From Macrostomum lignano (lineage: Eukaryota), in contig NIVC01003037.1 in NCBI GenBank assembly GCA_002269645.1, forward strand, positions 59,708-123,707: DNA of 64,000 nt, read 5' to 3'. The translations under genes were made by a program, and so were the position numbers. Shown in pieces: positions 1-12,469 of the stretch (the first letter of the stretch is position 1; every line of letters starts with the position of its first letter). The notes below the pieces were generated by a model. It was not told where the DNA came from. It made no database searches and worked only from the letters and a program-made list of their open reading frames with translations.

Positions 1-933
1 TAGCCATTTATACATTACTACCACTGCACATTGGCACAGGGTCTTAGGCGATTTGATAGTCCCACAAACGGTCCAAAAGAGACTGAGGCAATTCTGCCCA
101 GTCCGATGACTCCCGTCCTCATGGGCTATAGATATTGCAGTTAAATAACAGAAAGGAATGCAAAAATAATTATGATGCTGCTCAAATTAACAATGTATTT
201 AATTGATTTGAATTAAACAAAGACTAAACAATAAAAACAATAAAAATGATAAAAAAAACTGTTTAAACAGAATGTAAAAGCAGAAACAGAATGATCGATT
301 GTGGTAAATGTTGGGCATTAGCATGGATACTGGGAAGTGGCAGTGGCATATATTGAATCAGTAAATCATCTATATCATCTGTATATGCACTATTTGAGAA
401 CAGAAATAGAGCAAATCCAGCCCACTAAAGGTTTGTATCTCTTCTCATCTCTGCTCTCATTTGATTTCTTATCTTATCTCTTGATTTAAAAGAAGTTTCA
501 AACTAGCAAACACTAGCAAACTAGCGGGATTCGCCATTCTGTGTATATTCTGTGGGTTACAGTGCGCAATATAAATATTTATGCATATATATTAATGCGC
601 AATTGAGAAGCGCACAAGTTATTAATTATACCTCGTACACAAACAACCGCACACAGATTTAGTTGGGAGAAAAGAATCCGACAAAAACATATGAAAAATC
701 CAATGGGTCAAAAGATCAAATATTCGAGATATTCGAAAAAAAACGATGCTTTTTAATGCTTTCAATGTTTGAATATCGATTTTTATTTATTTTTTGTGGC
801 TTAGTTTGATGTTAAATTGATTATATCAGTATAAATTAACAAAAACATTAACAACACTTATAAAGCTTAAGTTTTCCAGTTTGTTTTCCAGCCGTCCTTG
901 ATAAACAGTGCCATTTGGAATGGAAACTTCATT

Positions 934-1553
934 TCAAGCGCTAGACTTTGCTAGTTTATCACTAGAGTTGCAGTCGTCATAATTATTGCCATGAATTCCT
1001 TCAGCGCTGACGCCTGATCCGTCCTTCATCTTATTCAGCGAGGCTGTCAGCGCGTTCAAACGTTCATCAGCTTCGTTTAGATGAGTAGCTAGCATCTCTT
1101 GTCGTTTAACAATGGTATAACCAAACGAAGCCAGCAGTATGATTACATTGCTCAGCCACCACAATGCTGTTTTAATCTCAGCAAATACAAGATAGCCCAG
1201 TACAGTTTGAGCACAGGCTTTAGCCGTACCGCTCACATTATGAGTCAGCGGGCTGGTGTACTGAATCTGCAAGCCGGTCACGTAGCCAATGGCAAAGCCC
1301 AGAACACCGGAGCCCAATAGTACAAAGAGTAAATTTACTCTGCCTGACCGAGGAAACTCCATCACGTGACCAATATCGCTAGTAAATAATAATACGGGCA
1401 GGAATGCAAAGCTGGCATTGAAATTATTATATAGACTCAGCTTCCAAATGCTATTATCCACTGTTGGCAGAACCTTCTTAGTGTAGATCGCATTCAGAGC
1501 TACAAATAGCGAGGCTAATAGGCCATAAATCACTCCGGACACGGAGAGAGAAC
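934..1553 (-). CDS. SLC35C1: GDP-fucose transporter, last coding exon
   Basis: TTTCAG acceptor in phase 1. Contains the family signature GFAIGYVTGLQIQYTSPLTHNVSGTAKACAQTVL. Stop at 934-936. Confidence 0.93.
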
Positions 1554-1870
1554 CTGAAATTTATTTTATAAAATAACAAGCATTTATAAATATCTGCTCA
1601 GGCGTAAAAGTGATTTACTGTGCGGGAATATTTCTACAAAAGAACATCTGGTATGCAATTTTTGAAATTAGAATAATTGTAGCCGGATTGCGCCAAAAAA
1701 TATAATTGATGACGAAACTGAAACAAAGAAGCAGGCAATTGCAGAGATTGGAAGAGCTATTTCCAGTGAAAATAAAGGAAATTGTGCAGTGATGGCTCAT
1801 TTGGTATTGGCCTGGACGCTTACAAAGAAATAACAGAGATAGAACTGAAATGGCCAATGACAGTGGCCAA

Positions 1871-2303
1871 TTTCTAGGAATAAAGGAGGCTGATTTCTAG
1901 GAATAAGGGAGGCTGATATCTAGGAATAACGGAGACTGGTTTCTAGGAATAACGGAGGCTGATTTCTAGGAATAACGGAGGCTGATTTCTAGGAATAACG
2001 GAGACTGGTTTCTAGGAATAACGGAGGCTGATTTCTAGGAATAAGGGAGGCTGATTTCTAAGAATAAAGGAGGCTGATTTCTAGGAATAACGGAGGCTGA
2101 TTTCTAGGAATAAGGGAGGCTTATTTCTAGGAATAACGGAGGCTGATTTCTAGGAATAACGGAGGCTGATTTCTAGGAATAACGGAGGCTGATTTCTAGG
2201 AATAAGGGAGGCTGATTTCTAGGAATAACGGAGGTTGATTTCTAGGAATAATGAACCTTGCTGCTTTCTAGGAATAATGGAGGCCGATTTCTAGGAATAA
2301 CGG
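1871..2303. repeat. 23-bp minisatellite (GGAGGCTGATTTCTAGGAATAAC)n in SLC35C1 intron
   Basis: Direct tandem copies visible. Confidence 0.92.
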
Positions 2304-2411
2304 ATGCTAGTTTTGCAAACAGTTATAGGCATGAAAAAGGATAACGGCCTATGGAAAAATGAAAATAAAAAATTATGTCTAATATAGCCAAACGAAAACT
2401 AAATCGCTCAC

Positions 2412-2661
2412 CAGCTAATTTCTCTTGGTCAAGACCGAGTAGAAAGCCAAACACGATGAACCCGCAGCAGATCCAAGCTTTGAGAGAAGTAACCTGGCCC
2501 AAAATAGCGTATGACAGTAACGCGTTGAATACTGTGGTGAACGATCGGCCAGCATAATAGAAACTGATGCCAACGTCTTTCAGGCACAGGTTATTAAATG
2601 TTACCATGCACACGAAAACCAGAGACAGTGGCGCCACGTCGCGACAAACTCGCGGATCGAT
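2412..2661 (-). CDS. SLC35C1: GDP-fucose transporter, coding exon 2
   Basis: AAACAG acceptor, then [46 protein letters not shown]...[12 protein letters not shown]. Phase-1 donor G|GTGAGC. Confidence 0.92.
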
Positions 2662-2779
2662 CTGTTTATGAAATTGTTCAATTTATGGGTAATACTCGAA
2701 TATATATTATACTCTTATATCCCATTTAGCCTTCTGTATACCATTCTCTCATCTCACCATAACTCTAAACCGCATCTGT

Positions 2780-3045
2780 TTTTATCCCCACCTGAATCTA
2801 TTCTATCTGTACCTAAATCTCACCTATTCTATCTCTACCTGAATCTCATCTATTCTATTACCTGAATTTCATGATTCTCATCTATTCTATATCTGAATCT
2901 CACCTATTATATATCTAACTGAATCTTATCTATTTTATCTCTACCTGAGTCTTATCTATTCTATCTCTACCTGAATCTCATCTATTCTATTTCTACCTGA
3001 GTCTCATATATTCTATCTCTACCTGAATCTCTTATATTCTATCTC
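2780..3045. repeat. Degenerate ~26-bp repeat (CTACCTGAATCTCATCTATTCTATCT)n in SLC35C1 intron
   Basis: Imperfect tandem copies visible. Confidence 0.75.
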
Positions 3046-3157
3046 CTGTACCTCTTCTCAATATACTAATTGGCTACTCTTATCTCACCATGCCTACTCA
3101 GTGTACAATAAAATATTTTAATGTACAATAAAAACATAATCTGCTAAAAAACCTCAC

Positions 3158-3418
3158 CCTAATGGATGGAAAAGCAATCAGATTAGGCTTCAAATATGAT
3201 AGGCCACGAAGCAGGACGCACAGCGCCACAGACACCAGGCATTGAAACCAGGTGACAAAATATGGCGCATCAAGTTTCAATGAGCGACTACTAAGCAAGT
3301 ACTTGTTGACAAAGACTAATGATATAGATACTATCCAATAGGCTGCTACAACAGTAGCAATTGTAATTGATTTGGCAGCAAATGCGCGATCCTGTAGCAT
3401 TTTAGATTCTAGTCTCAT
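3158..3418 (-). CDS. SLC35C1: GDP-fucose transporter, coding exon 1
   Basis: Translation ...VAAYWIVSISLVFVNKYLLSSRSLKLDAPYFVTWFQC matches the SLC35C1 N-terminus. A phase-0 GT donor (AGG|GTGAGG) follows 3158. Confidence 0.9.
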
Positions 3419-4300
3419 TTTTATATATGCTTGCTTTTCAAGCTGATATTTTCTATATCAGCAAACAGTGATAGATGAATAGCAGCACTTTACAGAAATT
3501 AATGTAGAGGCATTAAAAATACAACTGACATAGCCCTTACCTAAATGTAATGTTTCACAGTTTTTGCAATTAAGATTATAAGCAATAATAAAAACATGAA
3601 AAGGATTTGCATGTAAATAAACAATATATTTCTTCGGATAAGTAGGTGATCACTAATATTTATTAATAGTTGACTTGGGTTTTATAGTTCAGTGGTGCAT
3701 AACTCTAGTGGTGCATAAGAGTGCATAACTCTTGTGCCAGTGGCCCCCTTTACTTAAAGTGCAGCACATATTTATACATGTGTTGTGGCCTGCGCCACAA
3801 TGACCTTCTCATCAACCTGTTTTTTTTTGGTGCATGCAAACCGCCTGGTCTGCCGGCCAAGCTGGTTTGAGTTGGTTCAGCTGGCTTTGGTTTTAGGCAG
3901 CTGGCGTGTGCTTTGATTGGCTGGCTGGGCCGGCAGACCCTCGCTTTTCTACCCCCCTCGTTTGTAAAGCCTTACCCAGTGCGTGTTTTGATTGGCTGGG
4001 CTAGGGTGGGGTGCTTGCGGGGTTCTATTGTGTGAGTATTTGCCCTCAGGCCGGTTTGGCCCACTCCCCCATTTTTTGGCATACTATTTATTAGCTGGCT
4101 TGGAGCCAGCTGGTGGCACCCTGCTTGGTTTTTGCGGTTAGAGCTACACCAGCAACTGAGTAAGAAAACTATCATAAAAGTACAAAACTGCATGAGTAAA
4201 CTACAGTAAACTCCAGTAAACTATCGGAACAATTCGTAGCAAGCTAATCCGTGCCACCCGCCGTCTCTGAGCTGCCAGAACAGTATGGCCAAACAAACTG

Positions 4301-4837
4301 TGTTGCATGAGTTGGTTTGACCCCGCCCAATGAGCTTAAATTACGTTTATTTGGGTTGCATTCGCGTTTTTTGGGACTCTGTACGTGTCTTCCCTCCATC
4401 CTCGCCACCTCATCGCTTCACCTACTCACCCCCTTGCTCACCTGCACTTTTCGATTGGCTTGGAATGTCTGTACGCCCCAGCTAATCTATCACCTGGTAT
4501 ATCTTGATTGGTCCAGAGTGTCTGTACGCCCCGGCCAATCCTTCACATTCACCTTGTTTCACATTCACCTCGGTGATTCCCGGGCCGGCTCTGAGTGGCT
4601 ATCCACTCTGCTGACTGCGGAAGTACCCCAAGCCTTCCGTGACCGAGGAGTGCCTATGCACCCCGGGTCGCATCTCTTCCTCTTCCCCTCGGAGTGGCCA
4701 TCTGCCTCAAGGAGCGCCAGTCGTTCGTCCTCTGTCCATCTCTCTGCCGCGCGCCCAGGGCAGTCCCGCACCGAACCTGCTACCCTGGGGAAACAAAACG
4801 ACTGGGCTAGACAAGATCCCAGCCCACAAGTACAACA
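4301..4837 (-). mobile_element. Possible solo LTR
   Basis: TGTTG...CAACA termini. Minus strand carries CCAAT boxes and an AATAAA near its 3' end. GC-rich island in AT-rich flanks. No exact TSD found. Confidence 0.35.
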
Positions 4838-5261
4838 CATGTACAAACCTCTGATTGTGAAATTATAGGCCTGCTGGATATGAATTTCAACTCATCAAAT
4901 CTTTTGTGCAACTTAGTTTGCTCTTTTTGCAACTTGATTAGTTTTTTATTAGTTTCTTTGCTTTCTTGTCTATTTTGATTATCAATTTTATAACTAAAAC
5001 TATATATAATATATATGAATGTGATCCTGTGATTTTACTTTTGCTTTTATCAGAATAAACTAGTTTTGGATAAGCAACTGTCACCTTTTTGGTATTTTTT
5101 GACAATTGTATCTAATAAAATTACTATGAAGTTTCTCCGTAGAGTTTTGTAATTTTTTAAACTTTTAATTGAATCCTTCAGCAACCATGTGATTTATCGT
5201 GTGAAGTGATTCTTCATGTGATATGACCCTATGGTTTTCACTTTTGCTTTCATCAGAATCA

Positions 5262-5345
5262 GTTTTATCTTTTGCTTTTATCAGAATCAGTTTTATCTTT
5301 TGCTTTTATCAGAATCAGTTTTATCTTTTGCTTTTATCAGAATCA
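5262..5345. repeat. 28-bp tandem repeat, about 3-4 copies
   Basis: (TCAGAATCAGTTTTATCTTTTGCTTTTA)n visible. Confidence 0.8.
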
Positions 5346-6554
5346 ATATGTTATTTTCTATAGGCAATTGGCAAATTCTAAACCAATTTCTATGTTAGTA
5401 TCTTTTGACAGCAATTCAGTCTAACAAAATTACTGTGGAAGTTTCTGCAGGAATTAAGCCTTTGTAAATAAAATTTACAAAGGCACAGTTAAGGTCAGTA
5501 ACATCAATATACAAACACAAACCATTTTAGCACAACAAAATAATAATTAGCCCATTCTAATGCTAATCTTGAAACACCAAGTTAACAAGTAAATATTTTG
5601 CAACAGTTAAAATTAAAAATGCTTAAAGCAAAGCAAAGAAAATCTACTATACTAAAGCAATTTTTAAACAAAATATACAATCAGATTTCTAATCCAACTA
5701 AAGGGTAAGTACAGTAGATTACAATAAAAAATTATGGTTTATACCCTGTATATATACACCCTGTTTTGTGATTCAAGTGAGGTCTAATGCAAATGATAGA
5801 GACAAAGGTTTTAAAGCACTAGAAGTCTGAAAGTTATTTGTATACTGGAGATAGAAATTGCTTTTTCCATGCTATTTGCTATAGCTAAGTAATGCAATCA
5901 TTTTACGATAAGAACTATCTTCTTAGGCAGTTGTTTTGATGCCAAAACTAATTAAACAAGTCCGAGCTGTTTTGCCAGAAGATGCCAATGAGATTTTTCT
6001 TTTGTCATTTTAGAATAGAGTATATCTGCATGATTCTATTGTGCCACCTTTTAGTTCATGTTTTAATGTCAACTTCAATAATTTATTAGCATTAAACCCT
6101 TTTGCAAGCAGATAACAGTTTAATTTTGCATTATTGTTTTCCTATGTAGCCTTCAACTTCCTCCAAGGGCTTGCATTCTGCCATTTATGAATTTGGTACA
6201 ACTAATAAGAAAATATAGTCTCCTAAATATACCAGAGTAAATTTTCAACTTGGTTCTATATAGTATAGGCCTCCTTAGCATTACCTAAGCTATTGAAATT
6301 TACAATAATGAGTTAATATATGTTAAAGTACTTTAGACTAGGCCTTTTTTAGTATCTCTTTCTAGGCCCTCAGTTGAAACTGTTAGGGCTATTAGGCTAA
6401 GGTGTAGATGACTTGCTAAAACTATTAGTAGAAGTACTAGCAATCTTTGCCCCCCGATAGGGGACATCTGGATAGAATCTTTGTTCTTTACAAGTAACAA
6501 ATAGACAGCAAAATAAAGCCTTCATAAAAAACAACAGACATTCCCACTAAAAAA

Positions 6555-6775
6555 ACATCCCAAGACAGCAAGCATCACCAGACAGCATTCAAGCATTGAT
6601 CCCTAAATAGTAAGCATCCCCCAGACTGCAAGCATCCCCCAGATAGCAAGCAACCCCAGATAGCAAGCATCCCCTAGCTAGCAAGCATCCTCTAGACCCT
6701 AGATAGCAAGCATCCCCTAGATAGCAAGCAACCCCAGATAGCAAGCATCCCCCAGATAGCAAGCATCCCCCAGAT
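6555..6775. repeat. 18-bp minisatellite (TAGCAAGCATCCCCCAGA)n
   Basis: Imperfect tandem copies visible. Confidence 0.8.
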
Positions 6776-8694
6776 AGATCTTTAGAATTTGTGCATTTGC
6801 ACCTGTGATAATCAAATTCGCGCTAGGTGCAAATTTGCACTTGACTCCAAAGACTAGGTAGTAGAGCTACTACTAGGCCTAACTTTTTGGATTATTTATA
6901 AAACGGTTTCTTGGGGCTGGTCTAAACTATCCATTATGAGGTACATCTCCCTAATAAAAATGTTATCATTTCCACTTCCTAGGTTTGGCCCTCCTTGTCT
7001 TTTTATTGGTTGATTTTCTCTTTCCTTGGTCCTTTGCTTTCCTTTCTCTTTTTCTATTTGTAATTTGCTTGAATGCCTATATGTTTTTGCATTGATAGAA
7101 TTTGTAGCCTTAGTTGCCCATCATTTAGAGTTTAAGGTTCTATTTTTTAAATGCCCACACTCCTTTATTGAATAGACCCCCTTTTCCATGCCCTATTATT
7201 GGCATATATGTGTATTTTTTTGCTCTGTTTTCAATTCTTTTCTGCCCTCTTTTTTTACTATTGCTACAATACTTTTTATCTAGCTATTACTATTTTATTG
7301 CCTAATTTAGTGGTACCTAGCTTTCACTTTTCTAATTAGCCTTGTGCATTGCAGTGTTACTGCATCTGACTAGGCCTACATCATACAAGGACAAATATTG
7401 AGGAATTCCTGATAGGATAACTATTTATAAGGTTTTTTCAGTTACTATGTAAATAACACAGGCAATATTCACATGGCACTGTGCAAATAATGACTGCCTT
7501 ATAGACCTGATTCCTTTTTTACCATGCATCATTAGGCCTAGGCTTAGCCTAACTAGGACTCGACTCTAGTGCAAATAAATATCCCTATTGTGCAATCTGG
7601 CATGCACTCAACATGATCCGGAGCATTGGAATGGGTTGGCCTATGCTAAAATGTACAGGGCCTAGGCCCTGGCCCTATGGCTATGCAAACTTTGAAGGTC
7701 ATTTCTACTTAGAAATGTCTAGAATATAATGTAGGTCTACTACTATCTATTATATAAACTTAGGGCGTAGGCAAGCAGGCTACAAGTTCTAGTCAAGGCC
7801 TAGGTAGGTACTATAGGACCAGGTGTCACTATCAGTGCTTAAATGGATAGTTCGTTAATTAAAGCCAAAAACAGGTAATTGCTGATGAGAAAGAAACTGA
7901 GTTCACGTTAAATTTTAGAAAACATTAGATTTAACAAAGCGTTATTCAAATAAAATGCACACACAAGTGTTATGTACTAAAAATAATAAACAAAAAACGA
8001 AAACGTATTTGTGTTAAGAAAAGTAGAATCCTAATTTTATAAATTTAGACTGAAAAATATCTGTGAACAACATTTTTTAACTTGGGTTTTGTCTGGTCTG
8101 ATGGCTTGGAACCTTGAAGCAGCAGGGCGCGCGCTGCAACTGCGGGCCTTTTCATATTGCTTGTTCTTGTTCCAGAACCGAGATACGTGCTATAAAGTTT
8201 TTATTATTGAATGACAATCGCCAAGAAGAAAGTAAAAAATTGTGCTAAGTGGGGTTGTTAAGGCAGTCAAACATTCAACAGAATTAAATAGTTATGCTGC
8301 TGTTTTTCTTGGAAGATCCGAACCGATTCTGATTCTGGAATCAGTAATATAAAAAGCCTCGCAGAGGCTCAGCATCTGTCTCTTTCTGTCGTGAAATATG
8401 TGTTGGCAATATAATATACGACTTTTCAAAAACTCATAGTTATTGACCTGTCTTAGAAATATATAAGGAGTAGGTTTATATTATACAAAAGTAGGTTTTC
8501 GATATAAATAAAGTCTCCAGGTTAGACTTTTATTTTTTCTAGACTTTTACTTTTTTAATTAAACTTCTAGCCAATATTGACAAGTAGTTTCTTTGTTTGT
8601 TAAAAGAGTGTATCTGAAAAGAACTCTTTTAAAAGTATCAAGTCCATTTTGGGCAAAGTTTTTTCCCTTGGCTTAAGTGTGAATTGTTAATGTT

Positions 8695-8861
8695 TAGAGG
8701 TTGGATGGGATCCTGATCCCAATCCTGAAATCTCAGGATCCCAAGGAAAATTCTATTCTTGCAGGACCAGGATCCCAATCGCAATCACAATCCTGATCCT
8801 GAGAAAAAAATTATTCCCTATTCTAATCCCACCTGAAGATTTCAATCCTGTCCAACCTCTA
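8695..8861. mobile_element. hAT-type MITE, 167 bp
   Basis: Perfect 11-bp TIR TAGAGGTTGGA / TCCAACCTCTA and exact 8-bp TSD TTAATGTT (8687-8694, 8862-8869). Confidence 0.85.
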
Positions 8862-8939
8862 TTAATGTTTGAATGAAAAAAAAACATTTTTTCAATTTTT
8901 AGATAATTGTTTCTATTCCCCCTATTGCAGCCAAGGTCT

Positions 8940-9240
8940 GAACTGCGCTGGATGCCCCCCTTTCCCGCGCCAGACATCTACCCGTATCACGCCAGGGCCA
9001 GTCCCCAGGATCAGTGATTTGGTTCAATTAGTCAGTCAATGGCTTGCATCAATTGACGTTGACCTGGCCCTTTGTTGCTGCCAGTCGCCGAAGCACCTGC
9101 TGCTTCCGGGTCGTGCTGCACGCCACACGCCACACGCCGCCGCCGCGCGCCGCACTGCCGCCAGGCCAATCCGCGCCGGACGCCGTACACAAAAATGGCC
9201 ATTGGCTGCAATAGGGTCTATTCCTAAGCATTTAGTATTA
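8940..9240. promoter_or_regulatory. CpG-rich putative (bidirectional) promoter
   Basis: CpG-dense island between CpG-depleted flanks. ETS-like CTTCCGG (~9103), CCAAT (9166), YY1-like AAAATGGC (~9192) and ATTGG (9201). It lies between divergent genes. Confidence 0.4.
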
Positions 9241-11585
9241 AAAATTAATAGGCCTAGCTAGCAAGCAAAAATAAATTTTACTTGACAATGCCTATTTAGC
9301 TAGGCATATGCCCAGTTAGTATCTAGACTCTAGAGCTACAAGTTAAAAAGTCCCAGAAAAAGTAAGTTTCTAAGAAACAGGGTTTCCCATCTTTTAATAT
9401 CTAATTCTAAGTAGGCCTAGTCCTTGGTGCATTACTATACATGCATATATAGAATACAAATAAAACTCTAAGATATACATTTTAACATGTACATTTTGAC
9501 AAATACATCTAAGTCTAATTCATGTAGACTTGTAACTATTATGATTGTTGCCCTTTTGACTATTGCCTTTTTGACTGTCACCCCTTTTAACTGTTGCCCT
9601 TTTGATCTGTCACCCTTTGATTGGTTCCTATATCTAGTTATCTATTTGATATATTCAAAATTTACCTACAAAAATTCATATTAGGCCTACATCAATTTAT
9701 AAATCATATATTATTTGTTTCTTTGTTTGTGATTAAAAAAGTCTTGAAATACCATTTTACTATTGGTATCACTATCACTGCCTTGTTAAACAACTTCAGT
9801 TTTAGCCCCAACAACAATTATAATATTTTAATAGGCCTAGGCATTCTTTTAGATGATAATCATTGTTTATCTTATTAGTTTTGATTGATGATTACCATTG
9901 AAGTTTTTCTTTTTTTATTCAAACAGAAAACACCAAAATTTAAATTAGGCTTAATTAGTAATTTAAATAGTTAGTTGTATTTAATTAGTTTTAGATAGAA
10001 GATAGGTCTAATCAGTTTTTTCTATGTAATTTTTAGAAAAGAATCATGTTCCAAAACTGCAAAGATTTTTACAAAAATTATAATGAACTAAAAATAATTT
10101 TCACTAAGCCTATATAGTACATAGGAGAAGCAAATTTCAATTTAGAGAAAAGTATTGAAAATCCAAAGCTTAATATAATCAATATCATAGTAAATAAGTA
10201 ATATATGTTTTGTTAATAATCAATTGCCCTATTAGAAAAAATTGTATATATGCATATCAAGGGTCAAGCAAAAATATACCAAGGGGTTAGAGGCCTACTT
10301 TCAAAGGTACATAGGCTGCATCTTGGGGTCACCAAGTATGCCAAGGCTTAGAAGGCATTGCAGCAATAAAGGACCTTTTTGGCACTTTTCAATGCTTTGG
10401 TAGTGTTAGCATATTAACAAAATATCATTGCTATATAAAATATACCAAATAGCTTTTGCCAACTTTTGATGTTTTGACCATTATGCCATTTTGTACATGG
10501 CCATTTTGACATGGATTCTAAGCACTAAATTAAGTGTTACATTGCTCTATATTGTGTCATACCACACTAAGTGCTAACTTAGAAAATATGCCCTATTACC
10601 ATCGCAAGGTCATTTTGAAAATGAGTAGGAGTTATTTTATTTTTCAATATATAAGCTTTTTACCAAAGAAGACTATATAACCATATATATAAATAAGACA
10701 GAGTTTTGATTTTTATAGGTAGAGATAAATTTTATAAAAGATAGTAATCAAGGCATGCTTGGGTGCAACCTAGGGATTCACCTGGCCATTTCTATTGGGA
10801 ACACATACATGTAAGTCGCTATTGGATGGAATAGTAGTCACATGACTGCTCTTAGCCAATAGCAACTTATATGTGTGTGTTGCCAATATAAATGGCTGAG
10901 TGATCCCCAAAGTTGGGCATGTATGAATCAAGGCATAACTATTTATGTTTAGATTTTAGCTTTGGCTTTTTGACTATTGATATTTTTAAAATCTTTAGTA
11001 TTAATATTAATAGTAATGTCCTATTTATCTTTAAAACTTGTCAATTTACCAATTTGTCAAGAACTTATCTTCAGAGATTTATCATGAGTATTAGCTATTT
11101 TGTTAAATAATTATACCCTTATACCTAATATAATAGTTATACTGAGTATAATAGTTATACCTAGTATATTATTTATACCTGAATAGCTATAATTGCTTTT
11201 TAAAGCATTGGTATAAGGCCTAGCAAAATATTTATAGCTATTTTGTTTTCTTAAATAATTGATATAAAATATAGAATTCTAATTTTCAAAACAAAAGCTC
11301 AATAAATGTCAATAGAGCTATAAAAAAGTAATAATCCTTTTAAAATATAAATACTGGGTCTGACTCTTATCAAAAACAATAGCATTTATTGGTAAAAACC
11401 TGTCCCATAAATATTTTCCAAGAACTTTAGTTCTCCCCTATACTTAAGTATTCATTGTCTATGACTAAAAAATAAAACAAAATATTATGCTTTATTTTAA
11501 TTTTTGAGACAATATGAGAAAAATGCAAAGCAAGTATGGTAAATGCCTATGCAAGAAATAAATTAAAGTTTTATTTTTATTCCAG

Positions 11586-11799
11586 GATTACTTTTGCCTC
11601 AGCGATAGCGATGAGGAGTCGCCTAATAGAGTATTCAGGGAGTCTGGGGGGCCGCCCAGCTCAGTGCTGATGCAGCTCTATGATCAGATTGGTCGGGCTG
11701 GTGCTACAAATGGTGGCTGTCTGCCATTGGAATGGAAGAGACCAGTGCCTGCTAGGCAGCAAATGCAGCCACCTCCTCAGCACCCATTGATGCATCAAG
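11586..11799 (+). CDS. Coding exon, PAGR1/PA1-like N-terminal motif (tentative)
   Basis: TTCCAG acceptor and G|GTATTT donor. DYFCLSDSDEE...PPSSVLMQLYDQI...LPLEWKRP resembles the PAGR1 pattern (WCVPCSDEE...PPPSEIQRLYELL...LEL). The start exon was not found. Confidence 0.55.
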
Positions 11800-12061
11800 G
11801 TATTTTGCACTGTGTTTTACTGTTGCTTATGAAGATTAACTGACAACGCATATTTCATATTAATTTTACAAGGCTGCAGGAGCAAGTTCCTAATTATCTA
11901 ATGGGAGTTACATTGCTGCAAGAAGCTAATTAGCTGACGAGGCATTGTGCAATTTTAAATACTGTAATTTACTCTCGCCTTTTACCCAAATAAAAGTTGT
12001 AGCTTGTCATTTGAAATAGCCCAAAGAAGATGAATAGCCAATGTAACTAAACTCATTCCAG

Positions 12062-12414
12062 TGGATTACGGACATGGCGTTCAATCTGCTGGCGTCTCAA
12101 GCAATTGCATAGGCAATGCTCACAATAGTGACCAAGTTTCTCAACAACAGCACGTTGTGGTCACTCAGCACGGCGCCGTGAACATCGGGGTGCCCATTAC
12201 TATACAACAGAAACCGGCCGAACTGGCTTCATCATCTCATCAGCATCATCCCGCTCAGCCGCCTCGCATCCTGCACGTGATTCAGGGCAGCCAACTGCAA
12301 CAGCTAATCCAGCAGTCTCAGCAGCATCAGCAGCAGCAGATTCAGGTGAATCTGGCGCCCATCGGCCTGGCCCCAGTTGCCAATAGCAACAGGCCGCCGC
12401 ATTCTGTTGGTTAA
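12062..12414 (+). CDS. Gln/His-rich exon following the PAGR1-like exon
   Basis: CATTCCAG acceptor is phase-compatible (G+TG) with the 11586-11799 exon. Open frame to TAA at 12414, with an alternative donor at 12345. Confidence 0.55.
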
Positions 12415-12469
12415 CATTGCTTTTGCTCCATCGTTTATTAAAGACTCAAGATTGACATCTGGGTCCAGA

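Noticed and set aside
3690-4158. Possible hAT element with CAGT termini
   Set aside because: TIR match is weak and the 8-bp flanks differ.
7875-7905. Hammerhead-like CTGATGA...GAAAC
   Set aside because: No stem II between the core motifs and no flanking helices.
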